DNA of 64,000 nucleotides, taken from positions 2,852-66,851 of IMG/VR virus record IMGVR_UViG_3300033149_003526. One strand, 5' to 3'. The translations under genes and the position numbers were made by a program. Each line of letters begins with the position of its first letter. Positions within the stretch are counted from its first letter, which is position 1. Below are positions 20,432-30,200 of the stretch, in pieces. This DNA is from a virus. The notes beneath the pieces were generated by a model. It was not told the origin of the DNA, did not search any database, and saw nothing but the letters and a program-made list of their open reading frames with translations.

Positions 20432-20851
20432 TCATCTCTGCACTATAAATTCAAAAATAATTGCTAACTCATAAAAACCAATATTTTCGTAATGCACTAT
20501 ATCATCTGCATTAGTTTTTCTAATCCAATATATTTTATTGACATATTGATTAGTAAAAGGACCTTTTAAATCTAATAATTCTAATACTCTATTAGCGATA
20601 TTAAATATAGTTTGAATTGGATTGTTTATATTATCTTTAACTAATATATAAACATTAACTTTTCCTTCTTCTATTGGTTGTACATCGTCACTTGCTGTAA
20701 TAGCACTAGTAGAACCATAAGCAAAAGACACATTTATTTGTTTATCTACAGTATCTTTAAAAACATTAGTAACATAAACATGTCTACCACCTAATAAATT
20801 TTCTAATTGATTATCATTTTTTAATATGTCTATAATAGTCTGTGTAATCAT
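20432..20851 (-). CDS. Tail terminator / completion protein
   Basis: IIDILKND..L..LLGGR.Y N-terminus; synteny. Confidence 0.65.
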   Translation of the reverse strand: MITQTIIDILKNDNQLENLLGGRHVYVTNVFKDTVDKQINVSFAYGSTSAITASDDVQPIEEGKVNVYILVKDNINNPIQTIFNIANRVLELLDLKGPFTNQYVNKIYWIRKTNADDIVHYENIGFYELAIIFEFIVQR

Positions 20852-21306
20852 TTAAAATACCTCCTAAAAGTCAAATCTACTTCTTCCGATAAATGAGTTA
20901 ATAACCAATTTTCAGTATTTGAAATAAAATGTATTCCTCTTTTATAAAAACCTTTAGCTTTTTTAGTAAATATTATATCTCCAGTTCTACCTATAAATCT
21001 CATAGCTTTTTTATTAACTGGAAACCTAGTAGGAACATGAATATCAGCGTCTAAATAAACTGCATAATATACGTCTGTTTTAATATGTAAAATCAATGAA
21101 TATTTACTTTTTTCTATAAATACTTTAAATGAATCTCTTAAATGCGGTTTATTCCTATTTGATACTGGTATTAAACGTTTAAGATAATTATAGCTCCTAT
21201 TCCCTAATCGTAACAAATCAGGATATATTTTATTTGATATATTTTCTAAATTAAGCAACACCTTAACAAAATCAGATAAATTTAATTTTGGAGTTATTTC
21301 TACCAT
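20848..21306 (-). CDS. HK97 gp10-like neck protein
   Basis: PV...HLRDS, YAVYL motifs; synteny. Confidence 0.65.
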   Translation of the reverse strand: MVEITPKLNLSDFVKVLLNLENISNKIYPDLLRLGNRSYNYLKRLIPVSNRNKPHLRDSFKVFIEKSKYSLILHIKTDVYYAVYLDADIHVPTRFPVNKKAMRFIGRTGDIIFTKKAKGFYKRGIHFISNTENWLLTHLSEEVDLTFRRYFK

Positions 21307-21623
21307 TAATTCCTCCTCACTAAAACTTCTAAATGATGCCCTCTACCTGCTGCATCTTGTACACTTAATACTAAATACTTTATACCATCTACTACTAAAT
21401 AATCACCAGGTTGAATATTAACATTTATATTACAAAAAATTTTTTCTGTGGCTACATAATCTGTACCACCTAAATGAAATACTAATTGTTCTCTTAATGG
21501 CTGTATTGCACATTTAATAGTTTCTACTGAATCCAAAGTAAATGTAGATTCTCCAAAACTATTAGTACTAGATTCACTTTTTCTATAAATTGTAGCAGTT
21601 TTATTTAATAACGAATCAAACAT
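21306..21623 (-). CDS. Head closure / head-tail adaptor
   Basis: NSFGE, IQPGD.LVVDG.KY.V, HHLEV motifs. Confidence 0.75.
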   Translation of the reverse strand: MFDSLLNKTATIYRKSESSTNSFGESTFTLDSVETIKCAIQPLREQLVFHLGGTDYVATEKIFCNINVNIQPGDYLVVDGIKYLVLSVQDAAGRGHHLEVLVRRN

Positions 21624-21629
21624 AATTTA

Positions 21630-22211
21630 TCACTCCACACTTGGATATATAGAACCACCTTTAATTAACTCTACTAAATCTGCTATCCGTTCATCCCAAG
21701 ATTTGACAGTACCTTTAACATACCCACTATATTTAACCATATAATCTCCTATTCTTTCTTGAACTATAACATTAGAAGTTTGTGCTTTATCTGGATATAA
21801 AGAATAATACTGATTTATTACTAATAAAACTATTAGTAATTTGACTAATAAAGGAACATTATTTTTATTCCAACCTACTTTATAGTTAACAGTAACTATA
21901 GTACCTGGATTTAAAGTCTGATCTAATAAAACTAATCCCTTAGATTTTATTAATCTATAATTTTCTATTATAGTACTTCCAGAAGTAGAACTAGTAGTAT
22001 AACTTATTGATTCTATTGAAGTTATTGGTTTTATTTTTAAATTAATTTCATTAACTGTATCTTCGATAAAAATTTCTGCTTCTTTAGTTTCTTCTTCTAA
22101 AAAACCTATAAATGCTTTGGCTTGTGCTTCTCCGTAAGGAATCAATGACACTAAAGAAGAATCTGATAAACCAGTTAATTCATATATATCATCTAATGTA
22201 ATTAAACTCAT
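21630..22211 (-). CDS. Head-tail connector (gp6/gp15-like)
   Basis: LITLDD, PITSIESI, V.YKVGW...VP, ERIGDY motifs. Confidence 0.75.
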   Translation of the reverse strand: MSLITLDDIYELTGLSDSSLVSLIPYGEAQAKAFIGFLEEETKEAEIFIEDTVNEINLKIKPITSIESISYTTSSTSGSTIIENYRLIKSKGLVLLDQTLNPGTIVTVNYKVGWNKNNVPLLVKLLIVLLVINQYYSLYPDKAQTSNVIVQERIGDYMVKYSGYVKGTVKSWDERIADLVELIKGGSIYPSVE

Positions 22212-22228
22212 TACAATTCCTCCTTTTT

Positions 22229-22738
22229 TTAACTAATATTTCTCTTTTTATTAGTTAAAATCCAATATGGAATAAATATATAAGATAATTCGTTGTTTTT
22301 AATTAATAATTTTAAAAATTTATTAAAATTTTTAGTATCGTATTTTTTAATAGATTCTGAATTTAAAATAAATAAACCAGAATCAGATATTCTATAATTA
22401 TCAAAAATTAATTTATCATTTTCTATTCTCCAAGTTTTAGAACCTTTTAATTTTTTTAAAAATACTATATTTTTATTAGTATTTTCATGTTTTTCTAATA
22501 AAATCTTATATGCATTAATTGGAAAAATTCTTAGTCCAAAACTAACTGCTATTTTATCAAATACTTGAGCATGTTCTTTAATTTTTAACATTGTATCTTT
22601 TATACTACACTTTTCAAATTCCTTAGATTCAAATCTAGTGTATATTTTAGCATAGTTACCTTTAATTTCATCTAATAAAGATCTACCTAAAATAGATAAA
22701 TTTTTATCATATTCATTTATAAATACTAATAAAAGCAT
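22229..22738 (-). CDS. Hypothetical protein, possibly a degenerate sugar-nucleotidyltransferase fold
   Basis: SDSGLFILN resembles the INAGIYIL strand of NTP-transferases; no GxGxR motif. Confidence 0.3.
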   Translation of the reverse strand: MLLLVFINEYDKNLSILGRSLLDEIKGNYAKIYTRFESKEFEKCSIKDTMLKIKEHAQVFDKIAVSFGLRIFPINAYKILLEKHENTNKNIVFLKKLKGSKTWRIENDKLIFDNYRISDSGLFILNSESIKKYDTKNFNKFLKLLIKNNELSYIFIPYWILTNKKRNIS

Positions 22739-22749
22739 ATAAAATCCTC

Positions 22750-23763
22750 CTATAATTGAAAACTATTTTTAAAATACGTAAAAAAATGATTTTTTTCAAA
22801 TTTTAATATATGATTAATTTCAGGTAAATTGTCTAATTTTATATCACGCTCATTAGAAATTGCATACATATTTCGAATTGTGCTTATATTATCAAATAAA
22901 TACTTAACAATTAAAGAACGGCTATCATAAGAAATATGTAAAGTATTAGCCCCAAAATATAAAGATGGAATTGTACCATGTACTCTAAAAGAAATTACAT
23001 TTTTAGCTTTAGAATAAAATTCTAATAAATTTTTTGGATTATTTATACAAATTACATTATCTAATAAAGATTTAAAAACATTATAATCGTGAATATCATG
23101 ACATAAACATAATAAATTTTTAAATTTATTTTTAGCTATTTTATACAATACATTGACTATAAATTTGTTATGAGTATTTAAATCTTTAAGTACTAATATA
23201 TTAAATTCTTTAAAATTTTCATTTATTTTATAATATAATGGGGAAAAGTATACAGAATCTGCTAATTGAATAGAATTTATTTGCAAATTTTCTAATACTT
23301 TTTGAGTTAATAAATCTCTTGTAATAATTAAATCGTAAATTTTAAAATTATTTAAAATAAAATTTTTATGATTATTAATTATTAATCCAACTGATTTTTT
23401 TAAATCTCTATCTACTAATTGGTCTACAAACCCTACCCATAAATTAAAAATTTTAATTCCTTTAGATTTAGCTTTAAATAAAACATCATAAAAACTTTGA
23501 TTGAATCTATTAGGAATATAATCAGTAGTTAGCTGAGGAGTGCCACATAATACTATAACATCTGCTTCTTCTAACATTCTATTCCAGGTAATTTTATCAT
23601 TTAAATTAAATAAATTTACATAATTAAATATAGCAAATCTATTATTTATTTTATATTCAGCTTCGTATAGTAAATACTCTATTCCTTTTCCTATTAAAAT
23701 ATCACCTGGATTAGGATTTTCATAATGAGTATCTGTAAGTAAAAAATATTTTACTACTTGCAT
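22750..23763 (-). CDS. Polysaccharide pyruvyl transferase family protein
   Basis: NPGD, ITRD, DSV, SFRVHG, ISYD motifs. Confidence 0.8.
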   Translation of the reverse strand: MQVVKYFLLTDTHYENPNPGDILIGKGIEYLLYEAEYKINNRFAIFNYVNLFNLNDKITWNRMLEEADVIVLCGTPQLTTDYIPNRFNQSFYDVLFKAKSKGIKIFNLWVGFVDQLVDRDLKKSVGLIINNHKNFILNNFKIYDLIITRDLLTQKVLENLQINSIQLADSVYFSPLYYKINENFKEFNILVLKDLNTHNKFIVNVLYKIAKNKFKNLLCLCHDIHDYNVFKSLLDNVICINNPKNLLEFYSKAKNVISFRVHGTIPSLYFGANTLHISYDSRSLIVKYLFDNISTIRNMYAISNERDIKLDNLPEINHILKFEKNHFFTYFKNSFQL

Positions 23764-25091
23764 ATTTCTAATAATTTTTTAATTATCATCTCTGGAAATA
23801 TTTTATACAAACAAAACCCTTCTAATTGATATTTTACACAATGTCTATTTTTAGGTTCTACTCTCTGAGTATCCCAACAAGGAGAACAAGGAACTGGTGC
23901 TTGGATAGGGTAACAATTTTTATAGGTACTACATCTCCATTCTGCTGGTATAGGACCAAATAAAGCAATAGTTTTAGTATCAAATGCACCTGCTACATGT
24001 AATACCCCAGTATCTACTGTAATTAAATAATCCAACTTCCAAACAATAGCAAATAATTGTCTTAAATTAGTTTTACCTCTTAAATCTAAATAACTACCAA
24101 TAAAAGATGAATATGGTTCTTTATTATTTCCGATTAGTACTGGAGTAAACTTTAATTTATTTAATTCAACGATTAATCTTTGAACATGTTGTCTAAAATA
24201 CGATCTATTAGTGCCTACTGCACTCCAACAAATGCCTACTGAATTATTACAATTTTTTAAAGTATCTATTGCATATTGTTTTTCTTTTTCATCTAATATG
24301 ATAATAGGTTTATCTATTAATAGCTCATTGGGTTGTAAATTACATAAATATGCAGTAGAATAAATTCTATGTTGCTGATTAAATGTTAAATTATAAGCAC
24401 TTAGTCTATAACTTAATGTAATATAATTGTATTTATAAATAGGAATTTCGTTTCTATTAGTATATATTTTGTCAATAAAATCTAAATTTTTAAAAATATC
24501 TACCTTTGATTGATCTACTAAATACGCTACTTTATATCCTTTTTTATATAATGTATAAGCACTAGGTAAACTCATTAAAATATCTCCTAAACCATCATAA
24601 GTTTCTATTAAAATATCAGGTTTAGAATTACTCTTTATAAACTCTTTTAGCAATTTTAAATTACTATCTTTATTAATAATTGGTATTTTAAAACCAGTAT
24701 ACTTACTAAATAAATTAGCATATTTCTCTGCATCTTTAGTATTATTATGAAATACTCCATTAAAAATAAGAGGATTTTTAAATATTGTATGGATGAACCA
24801 TTCAAATCCAGTTTCTACATATACTATTTTATCACTTATTACATAATTTTCTGGTAATATATCACATACATATATAACCCCTATATTATGTCTAATTAAT
24901 TGTTTAATAAATTTTTTATCTATATTTTTATTATAATGGTGAAAACAAAAACCTACTACTAAACTTCTTATGTTTAAAGGAGGGAAAATTACAGTTCCTA
25001 AACTAAGTTTTAATTTTCTTTTATTAGAAACTTTATAGTAAATTTTAATAGGATTTAAATTTTCTAATGGATTAATATTTAAATAAATCAC
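23754..25091 (-). CDS. Glycosyltransferase family 9 (heptosyltransferase-like)
   Basis: GLGDILM, DLRGKTNL, ITVDTGVLHVAGA...TIALFGP, CSPC; GTG start after GAGGAGG. Confidence 0.88.
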   Translation of the reverse strand: MIYLNINPLENLNPIKIYYKVSNKRKLKLSLGTVIFPPLNIRSLVVGFCFHHYNKNIDKKFIKQLIRHNIGVIYVCDILPENYVISDKIVYVETGFEWFIHTIFKNPLIFNGVFHNNTKDAEKYANLFSKYTGFKIPIINKDSNLKLLKEFIKSNSKPDILIETYDGLGDILMSLPSAYTLYKKGYKVAYLVDQSKVDIFKNLDFIDKIYTNRNEIPIYKYNYITLSYRLSAYNLTFNQQHRIYSTAYLCNLQPNELLIDKPIIILDEKEKQYAIDTLKNCNNSVGICWSAVGTNRSYFRQHVQRLIVELNKLKFTPVLIGNNKEPYSSFIGSYLDLRGKTNLRQLFAIVWKLDYLITVDTGVLHVAGAFDTKTIALFGPIPAEWRCSTYKNCYPIQAPVPCSPCWDTQRVEPKNRHCVKYQLEGFCLYKIFPEMIIKKLLEICK

Positions 25092-25121
25092 TATAACATT
25101 CCTCCTCTACTAATCTTCTTT

Positions 25122-25142
25122 TCATATATATTATATACTAAA
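25122..25142 (-). promoter_or_regulatory. Class II promoter-like motif upstream of the GT9 gene
   Basis: Exact 21-nt copy of 2779-2799. Confidence 0.65.
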
Positions 25143-25144
25143 TA

Positions 25145-25170
25145 GCAGGGGAGTTTTTAATCTCCCCTGC
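25145..25170 (-). terminator. Hairpin / probable intrinsic terminator after the major capsid gene
   Basis: 9-bp GC-rich stem GCAGGGGAG/CTCCCCTGC followed by TATTT on the - strand. Confidence 0.75.
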
Positions 25171-25186
25171 CATATTTATTTAAATA

Positions 25187-26164
25187 TTATGATCCAAGAT
25201 GAATTTTAACTAAACCTTCAACTTTATCATTAGTATTCTTGTACACAGGTTTAAAATCTATTTCCTCTGCAAGTATTATTCTCTTGCTAAATTTCTCTTC
25301 AATATCTTTTTCTCTTACAAAGATGTCTTTTCTTACACCGAGTATAAACGCATCTTTTCTTACCAAAATAGCAACCTCACCACTTTCAGTACCATCTAAA
25401 TAAGAAGTCTCAAAAACTTTAATTCCCATTACTGGAGGCAAAGTTCCTGTTTTAAGCAAATCAGTATCAGGTCTAAAATCTGCTCTATAAAGCTTTTCAT
25501 TTTTTCTTAATCTATTCCCAAATGTTAAAGAACAAATTAACACTAAATCATTAGTATTTCTACCATAAACTCCTAATGCTTTTCTAGCATCAGCTATTTT
25601 AGCTACTATATCATCAGATGCGCTATAAGTAACTGGCGAAGTAGCACAAGAACTACTAGAAGCAATAGTATAAATTCCATCAAATATAGTATTATATCCA
25701 GAACCAGCACCAGCACTACCTAATAACATAGCTTTCTCTTCTGCCTCAGCTAACTTTTTAGTCAATGCTTGTCTAATTGCCTTAGCTAAATCAATTCCTG
25801 CTGTTTCCAAATCATCTTCAATTATATCTACAAATGCTACTAACAACTGTGGGGTAAGAACTATAGGCTTAGAAGTATCTATTGTAGTTTCATTTAATGT
25901 ACCAGGAGCTATTTCAGTCCCATAAGAAACTTTGTAAACATTCAAATCTGTACCGTAAAGTACAGAAGGAATAGTTAAATTTCTAGCATTTTTAGGTACA
26001 TTAATTTTAGGGAATATTTTTCTCAAAATATTAGATTCAGTAATTTCCTCTATTACTTTTTTAGAAACTGGTTTAGGTAGTATGTTACTACCAGTATTAT
26101 CAGGTATCTGACCTAAATCATCAGCTTTAATTAAATCTAATAATTTTTTAACTTTTTTCTCCAT
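25187..26164 (-). CDS. Major capsid protein (HK97 fold)
   Basis: G..LP..VS..VIE, IIEDD, LAEAEEKAMLLG, FDGI, GIKVFETS motifs; follows the protease. Confidence 0.9.
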   Translation of the reverse strand: MEKKVKKLLDLIKADDLGQIPDNTGSNILPKPVSKKVIEEITESNILRKIFPKINVPKNARNLTIPSVLYGTDLNVYKVSYGTEIAPGTLNETTIDTSKPIVLTPQLLVAFVDIIEDDLETAGIDLAKAIRQALTKKLAEAEEKAMLLGSAGAGSGYNTIFDGIYTIASSSSCATSPVTYSASDDIVAKIADARKALGVYGRNTNDLVLICSLTFGNRLRKNEKLYRADFRPDTDLLKTGTLPPVMGIKVFETSYLDGTESGEVAILVRKDAFILGVRKDIFVREKDIEEKFSKRIILAEEIDFKPVYKNTNDKVEGLVKIHLGS

Positions 26165-26178
26165 AAATATGCACCTCC

Positions 26179-26577
26179 TTATTTATTTGTTAAATATTTA
26201 TAAAATAATTCATCGGGATCTTCTTCTTTATTATTCTCTTCTTCTTTATCTTCATTTTTAATCAAAGATTTCTTATTGTCTACTACTGTAATTGTTTTAA
26301 CTTTTTCTTTTACTAATTTTGTTAACTCTTCTAACATATTTTTTATATCTTTAATTTCTGCTTTAATTTCCTCTATACTTTCTCTCATTTTCTTACCATA
26401 GTAATAGTAGTAATAATATTCATATTCTTCTTTATCTTCTTCTTTTTTTTCTTTATCAGTCATTTCCTCTTTAACTTCTTCTTTCTTTTCTTCTTCTTTA
26501 TTAACTTCATCTTCTAATAAATCTTTAATTTCTTTTTCAGATAATTCTTCTTGTTTTTTAATATCTTTCTTTTCCAC
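26179..26577 (-). CDS. Probable nested in-frame scaffold protein
   Basis: AGGAGGTG followed 5 nt later by an in-frame GTG at 26577, at the protease/coiled-coil boundary. Confidence 0.6.
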   Translation of the reverse strand: MEKKDIKKQEELSEKEIKDLLEDEVNKEEEKKEEVKEEMTDKEKKEEDKEEYEYYYYYYYGKKMRESIEEIKAEIKDIKNMLEELTKLVKEKVKTITVVDNKKSLIKNEDKEEENNKEEDPDELFYKYLTNK

Positions 26578-27171
26578 AATTTCACCTCCTTTTTCTTCTT
26601 CATTTTGTTTTATACATTTATATAAAGCCTTACTAAATGATTCCAATACTTGAGCTTGTGCATTAGCTGGTATACCTACAAAACTAACTTCATATAGTTC
26701 CATTTCTTTTATAACTAATACAAATTTTAAATTAGGTCGTTCTTTTTTAATATTTTCTGATAAATATCCATTTTTAATTGCTTCGTCTATAGGGATCTCT
26801 ACTGCATCAACTAATTTTCCTCCTATAGAAAACTTTGATATTATACCTTCTTGTATTTTTACTCTTAAATCTTTAGCTAACTGACTAACATATATTTTTA
26901 CTAGCAAACCTTTATCATCTACAGTAGCATCTATAACTTTACCTACAGCGTTATCTAAATCATATTGATGATTATAAAAGACAGTACTATTAATAGTTTT
27001 TAATTTATCAGCAGCTTTTTCTAATGCTTCTTTTAAGATAATATCTCCTTGTCTATCTAAATCCGTTGTAGCTGCATATCCAACTACATAAAAACCTTTA
27101 TCGCTTGGTTTTCCTTTTTGTTTAACTATAGGAACATCAAAACGAAATATTTTTTCAAATTTATATTGCAT
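26179..27171 (-). CDS. Prohead protease (HK97/U35-like) with C-terminal scaffold region
   Basis: GYA...DRQGD, YNH, FSIGG, LYEVSFVGIPAN; E/K-rich C-terminus. Confidence 0.9.
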   Translation of the reverse strand: MQYKFEKIFRFDVPIVKQKGKPSDKGFYVVGYAATTDLDRQGDIILKEALEKAADKLKTINSTVFYNHQYDLDNAVGKVIDATVDDKGLLVKIYVSQLAKDLRVKIQEGIISKFSIGGKLVDAVEIPIDEAIKNGYLSENIKKERPNLKFVLVIKEMELYEVSFVGIPANAQAQVLESFSKALYKCIKQNEEEKGGEIVEKKDIKKQEELSEKEIKDLLEDEVNKEEEKKEEVKEEMTDKEKKEEDKEEYEYYYYYYYGKKMRESIEEIKAEIKDIKNMLEELTKLVKEKVKTITVVDNKKSLIKNEDKEEENNKEEDPDELFYKYLTNK

Positions 27172-27205
27172 AATTTACACCCCCTCTTTCAACACTACCT
27201 CGTAA

Positions 27206-27222
27206 ATTGAAAAATATTTAAA
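27206..27222 (-). promoter_or_regulatory. Candidate late-promoter motif
   Basis: TTTAAATATTTTTCAAT, near-identical to 9093-9109. Confidence 0.45.
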
Positions 27223-27226
27223 TATT

Positions 27227-30200
27227 TTAAAATTTAAAATTAATAGCATATAATAATTTATATATATATTCAACATCAATTAAAAATTGCTTATCTCTTT
27301 TATTTTTTTCTTCATAAACTTCTTGATTTTTAGGTTTATAAAATAACCATATTCTTTTACCATTTATAGGAGCATACATAAATATATACCAACCATCAAA
27401 TAATTTACCTTTAAATTTAAATAATTTAAAATGTTTACCATGAGGAGAAGTTTGTCTACCTGCATACCAAGTACCTTTTTCATGTACCCAAAAAGAAGCA
27501 TAATTATTAGAAGTTGAACCTATAGAATCTGGAGGCACTATTAAAGGTTTACCGTCTCCTACAGTTAACCAACTTGCAGGTCCTCTTACTACTGGTTCTT
27601 TAGGTGTCTTATCCCCAATTTCTGAAACATGTGGAGTTTTTAACATAAATTGTAGATGAATATGTTCATTTACTTTTAATAACCTATTTTCTTTAAATTG
27701 ATTACCAGGAGTAGTCCAATGACCACCTTCAAAATAATCAGCTCCTTCTGGTACTAGTCTTAGATCTTGGTGTATACTAACTGGATCTAACAAAGCAATT
27801 AATTTTCTCATATTATCAGGTAAAGATTTATAATCTATATTTTTAAGTAATTTATTAATTAATTTAGTTAAATTTTTACTAGATTTGTTAGGGCTTTTAG
27901 CTTCACTTATAGCTTTTTTCCATTCTGTAATTGTAATATCTTTATATAAATTATGAATTGCTTTTATTTCATCATTAGTTGGTATAAAATATTCTCTATC
28001 TAATCCATATTTTTTTATGTCAGATAAAGTTAACTCATCGATAAAAATAGGTCTAATTCCTCTAGTATGACATTGGACACAATACTTACCTACCATACCT
28101 TCTTCTATAGTCCATTGACCAGTAATATTTTCTTTATCTGATAAAATATAAAAATCATAAAAAGTTTTAGTTTTAGAAACACTTAATTTATCTACTATTA
28201 AATAACTATCAGGTTCTTTTTTATCTGGTTTTAATGTTAATACTCTAGCTTGAAATAAAGTATATTTTATTTTTCCATCTACTATTTCTTTTTTATATTC
28301 TGCTGCTGCTATATTTAATATTTGTCCTACATTTGCTTCTATCTTTGTATTAAAAGTTTTGCCTAAAACTCCATAATATTTTCCATTTAATTCTTTTACA
28401 GGAGTAAACTTATCTTTTTTATCTTGCGGTATTCCATAACCTACTATATAATTATAATTACCTGCTCTATTTTTAATTTTTTCTAGCACTATGGTATCTA
28501 ACTCTAATGCATATTTTAATTTACACCACGTCAATGTATTCCCATCTAATTCATAAGTCCCAGAATAGTATTTTAACATAAAACCATCTATTCCGTGCAA
28601 TCTTCCTAATTTTAATTTATCTACATTATTTTCATAGTATTTAAATAATTTTTCTAACTGTTCTTTAGTTTTTATATCGTAACTAGAAACTAATATAAAA
28701 TGCTTTTTAAATTTTTTAGCTACTTCGTTTAGTATTTTAATTCTTTCAGATAAAGGAAGGTTATGTAAATCTTTTCCATTATAATATAAAATATCAAATA
28801 CAAATATTCTTACATTTTCATCAGATCCAGGATCTTTAGCTTGAGACCATCTCATTAAATCGTGTCTAGATAACCATACTTTTTTATTTGGAGATAATTC
28901 CATTAATTCTGAATCAAATATAATTCCATTTTCATTTAAATCCGATAATTCTTTAACTACATTTGGAAATTTCTCAGCTACATTCTTTTTACTATCTTCA
29001 AAATATATTAGAGTCTTTCCATTTTTATCTTGACTTAATACACATCGCCAACCGTCTATTTTTAAATCTGCTCTAATTTTACCTTCTGTTTCAACCCCAT
29101 ATTTTCCAAAATATTGCCATGCATCATCTACATTAAAATACTCTATATCATGATAAGCAGAACCTGTAGCTTTCAATGGAGGAAATACTTGTAATGGTTT
29201 CAACTTTTTATCCTTTTTCTCTATTTTATCTATAGTTAACTTAGTATTACATTTAGGACATCTATTTATAAATGAATTAGATATTATTTTGTATCCACAA
29301 TTATCACATGCAAATAAAACATCATTTAAACATAATATAAATTTACCATCATAATACTTAGAACTAGCTGGTCTAATTATAACTATATCGTACCGATTTT
29401 TTAGTTGTTTTAAAAAACCAAATAATTTATCTTTTTTAACTACCCATCTAAGTGGTACTAATTTAGGTTTATCTAGTTTATCTAACCATTTTTTTCCCAT
29501 AAAAAATATTCTATTTATCAATATTTCACTTAAAAAACTATCTTTTTTATAAGCTAATAAATCAGTTATAATTTCTTTATTGTTTTTAGTTATAATTTTT
29601 TCATATATAACTCTATTTTCTTTATCTACAACTAAATAAAAATCCCCATTTATATATGGTTCTACTATAAATTTTTTACTATTCATATTTAAGTTTTTAT
29701 TAATTTTACATATTGAATATTTTCTGTTATAATCAGGAACTGCAATAGTTTTTATTATAGGAACTTTTTTCTTTTTTAAAATTAAATCATAAACACTCAA
29801 TATTTCGCCATGACTAGCTACATTACCTATAAAATGAGGATTATATTTTTCTAAGTATTTTCTAAGTATTTTTTCTAATTCTCTTGGTGCTACAATATCT
29901 ACATCATTAGGATCAGGTTTATATAACACTGAACCAACAAATTTAACTATATCACTTTTTATAGTTATTTCATCTTCTAATTCATTCCATATTTCATATA
30001 CTTTAATTTCTTTCCCTAAAATTCTGTAAGTAAGTTTATCTAAATCATTAACTAAATTATGATTTAATCCTCTTTTCAACATTTCTTTTACTACCAAAAC
30101 ATGTACTTTTAAAATTTTATCTTTAGTTATAGCTTTAGTTTCTATAGATTTATTTCTTAAATCTTTTCTACTTAATAATCCCCATAACTGATGACATCTT

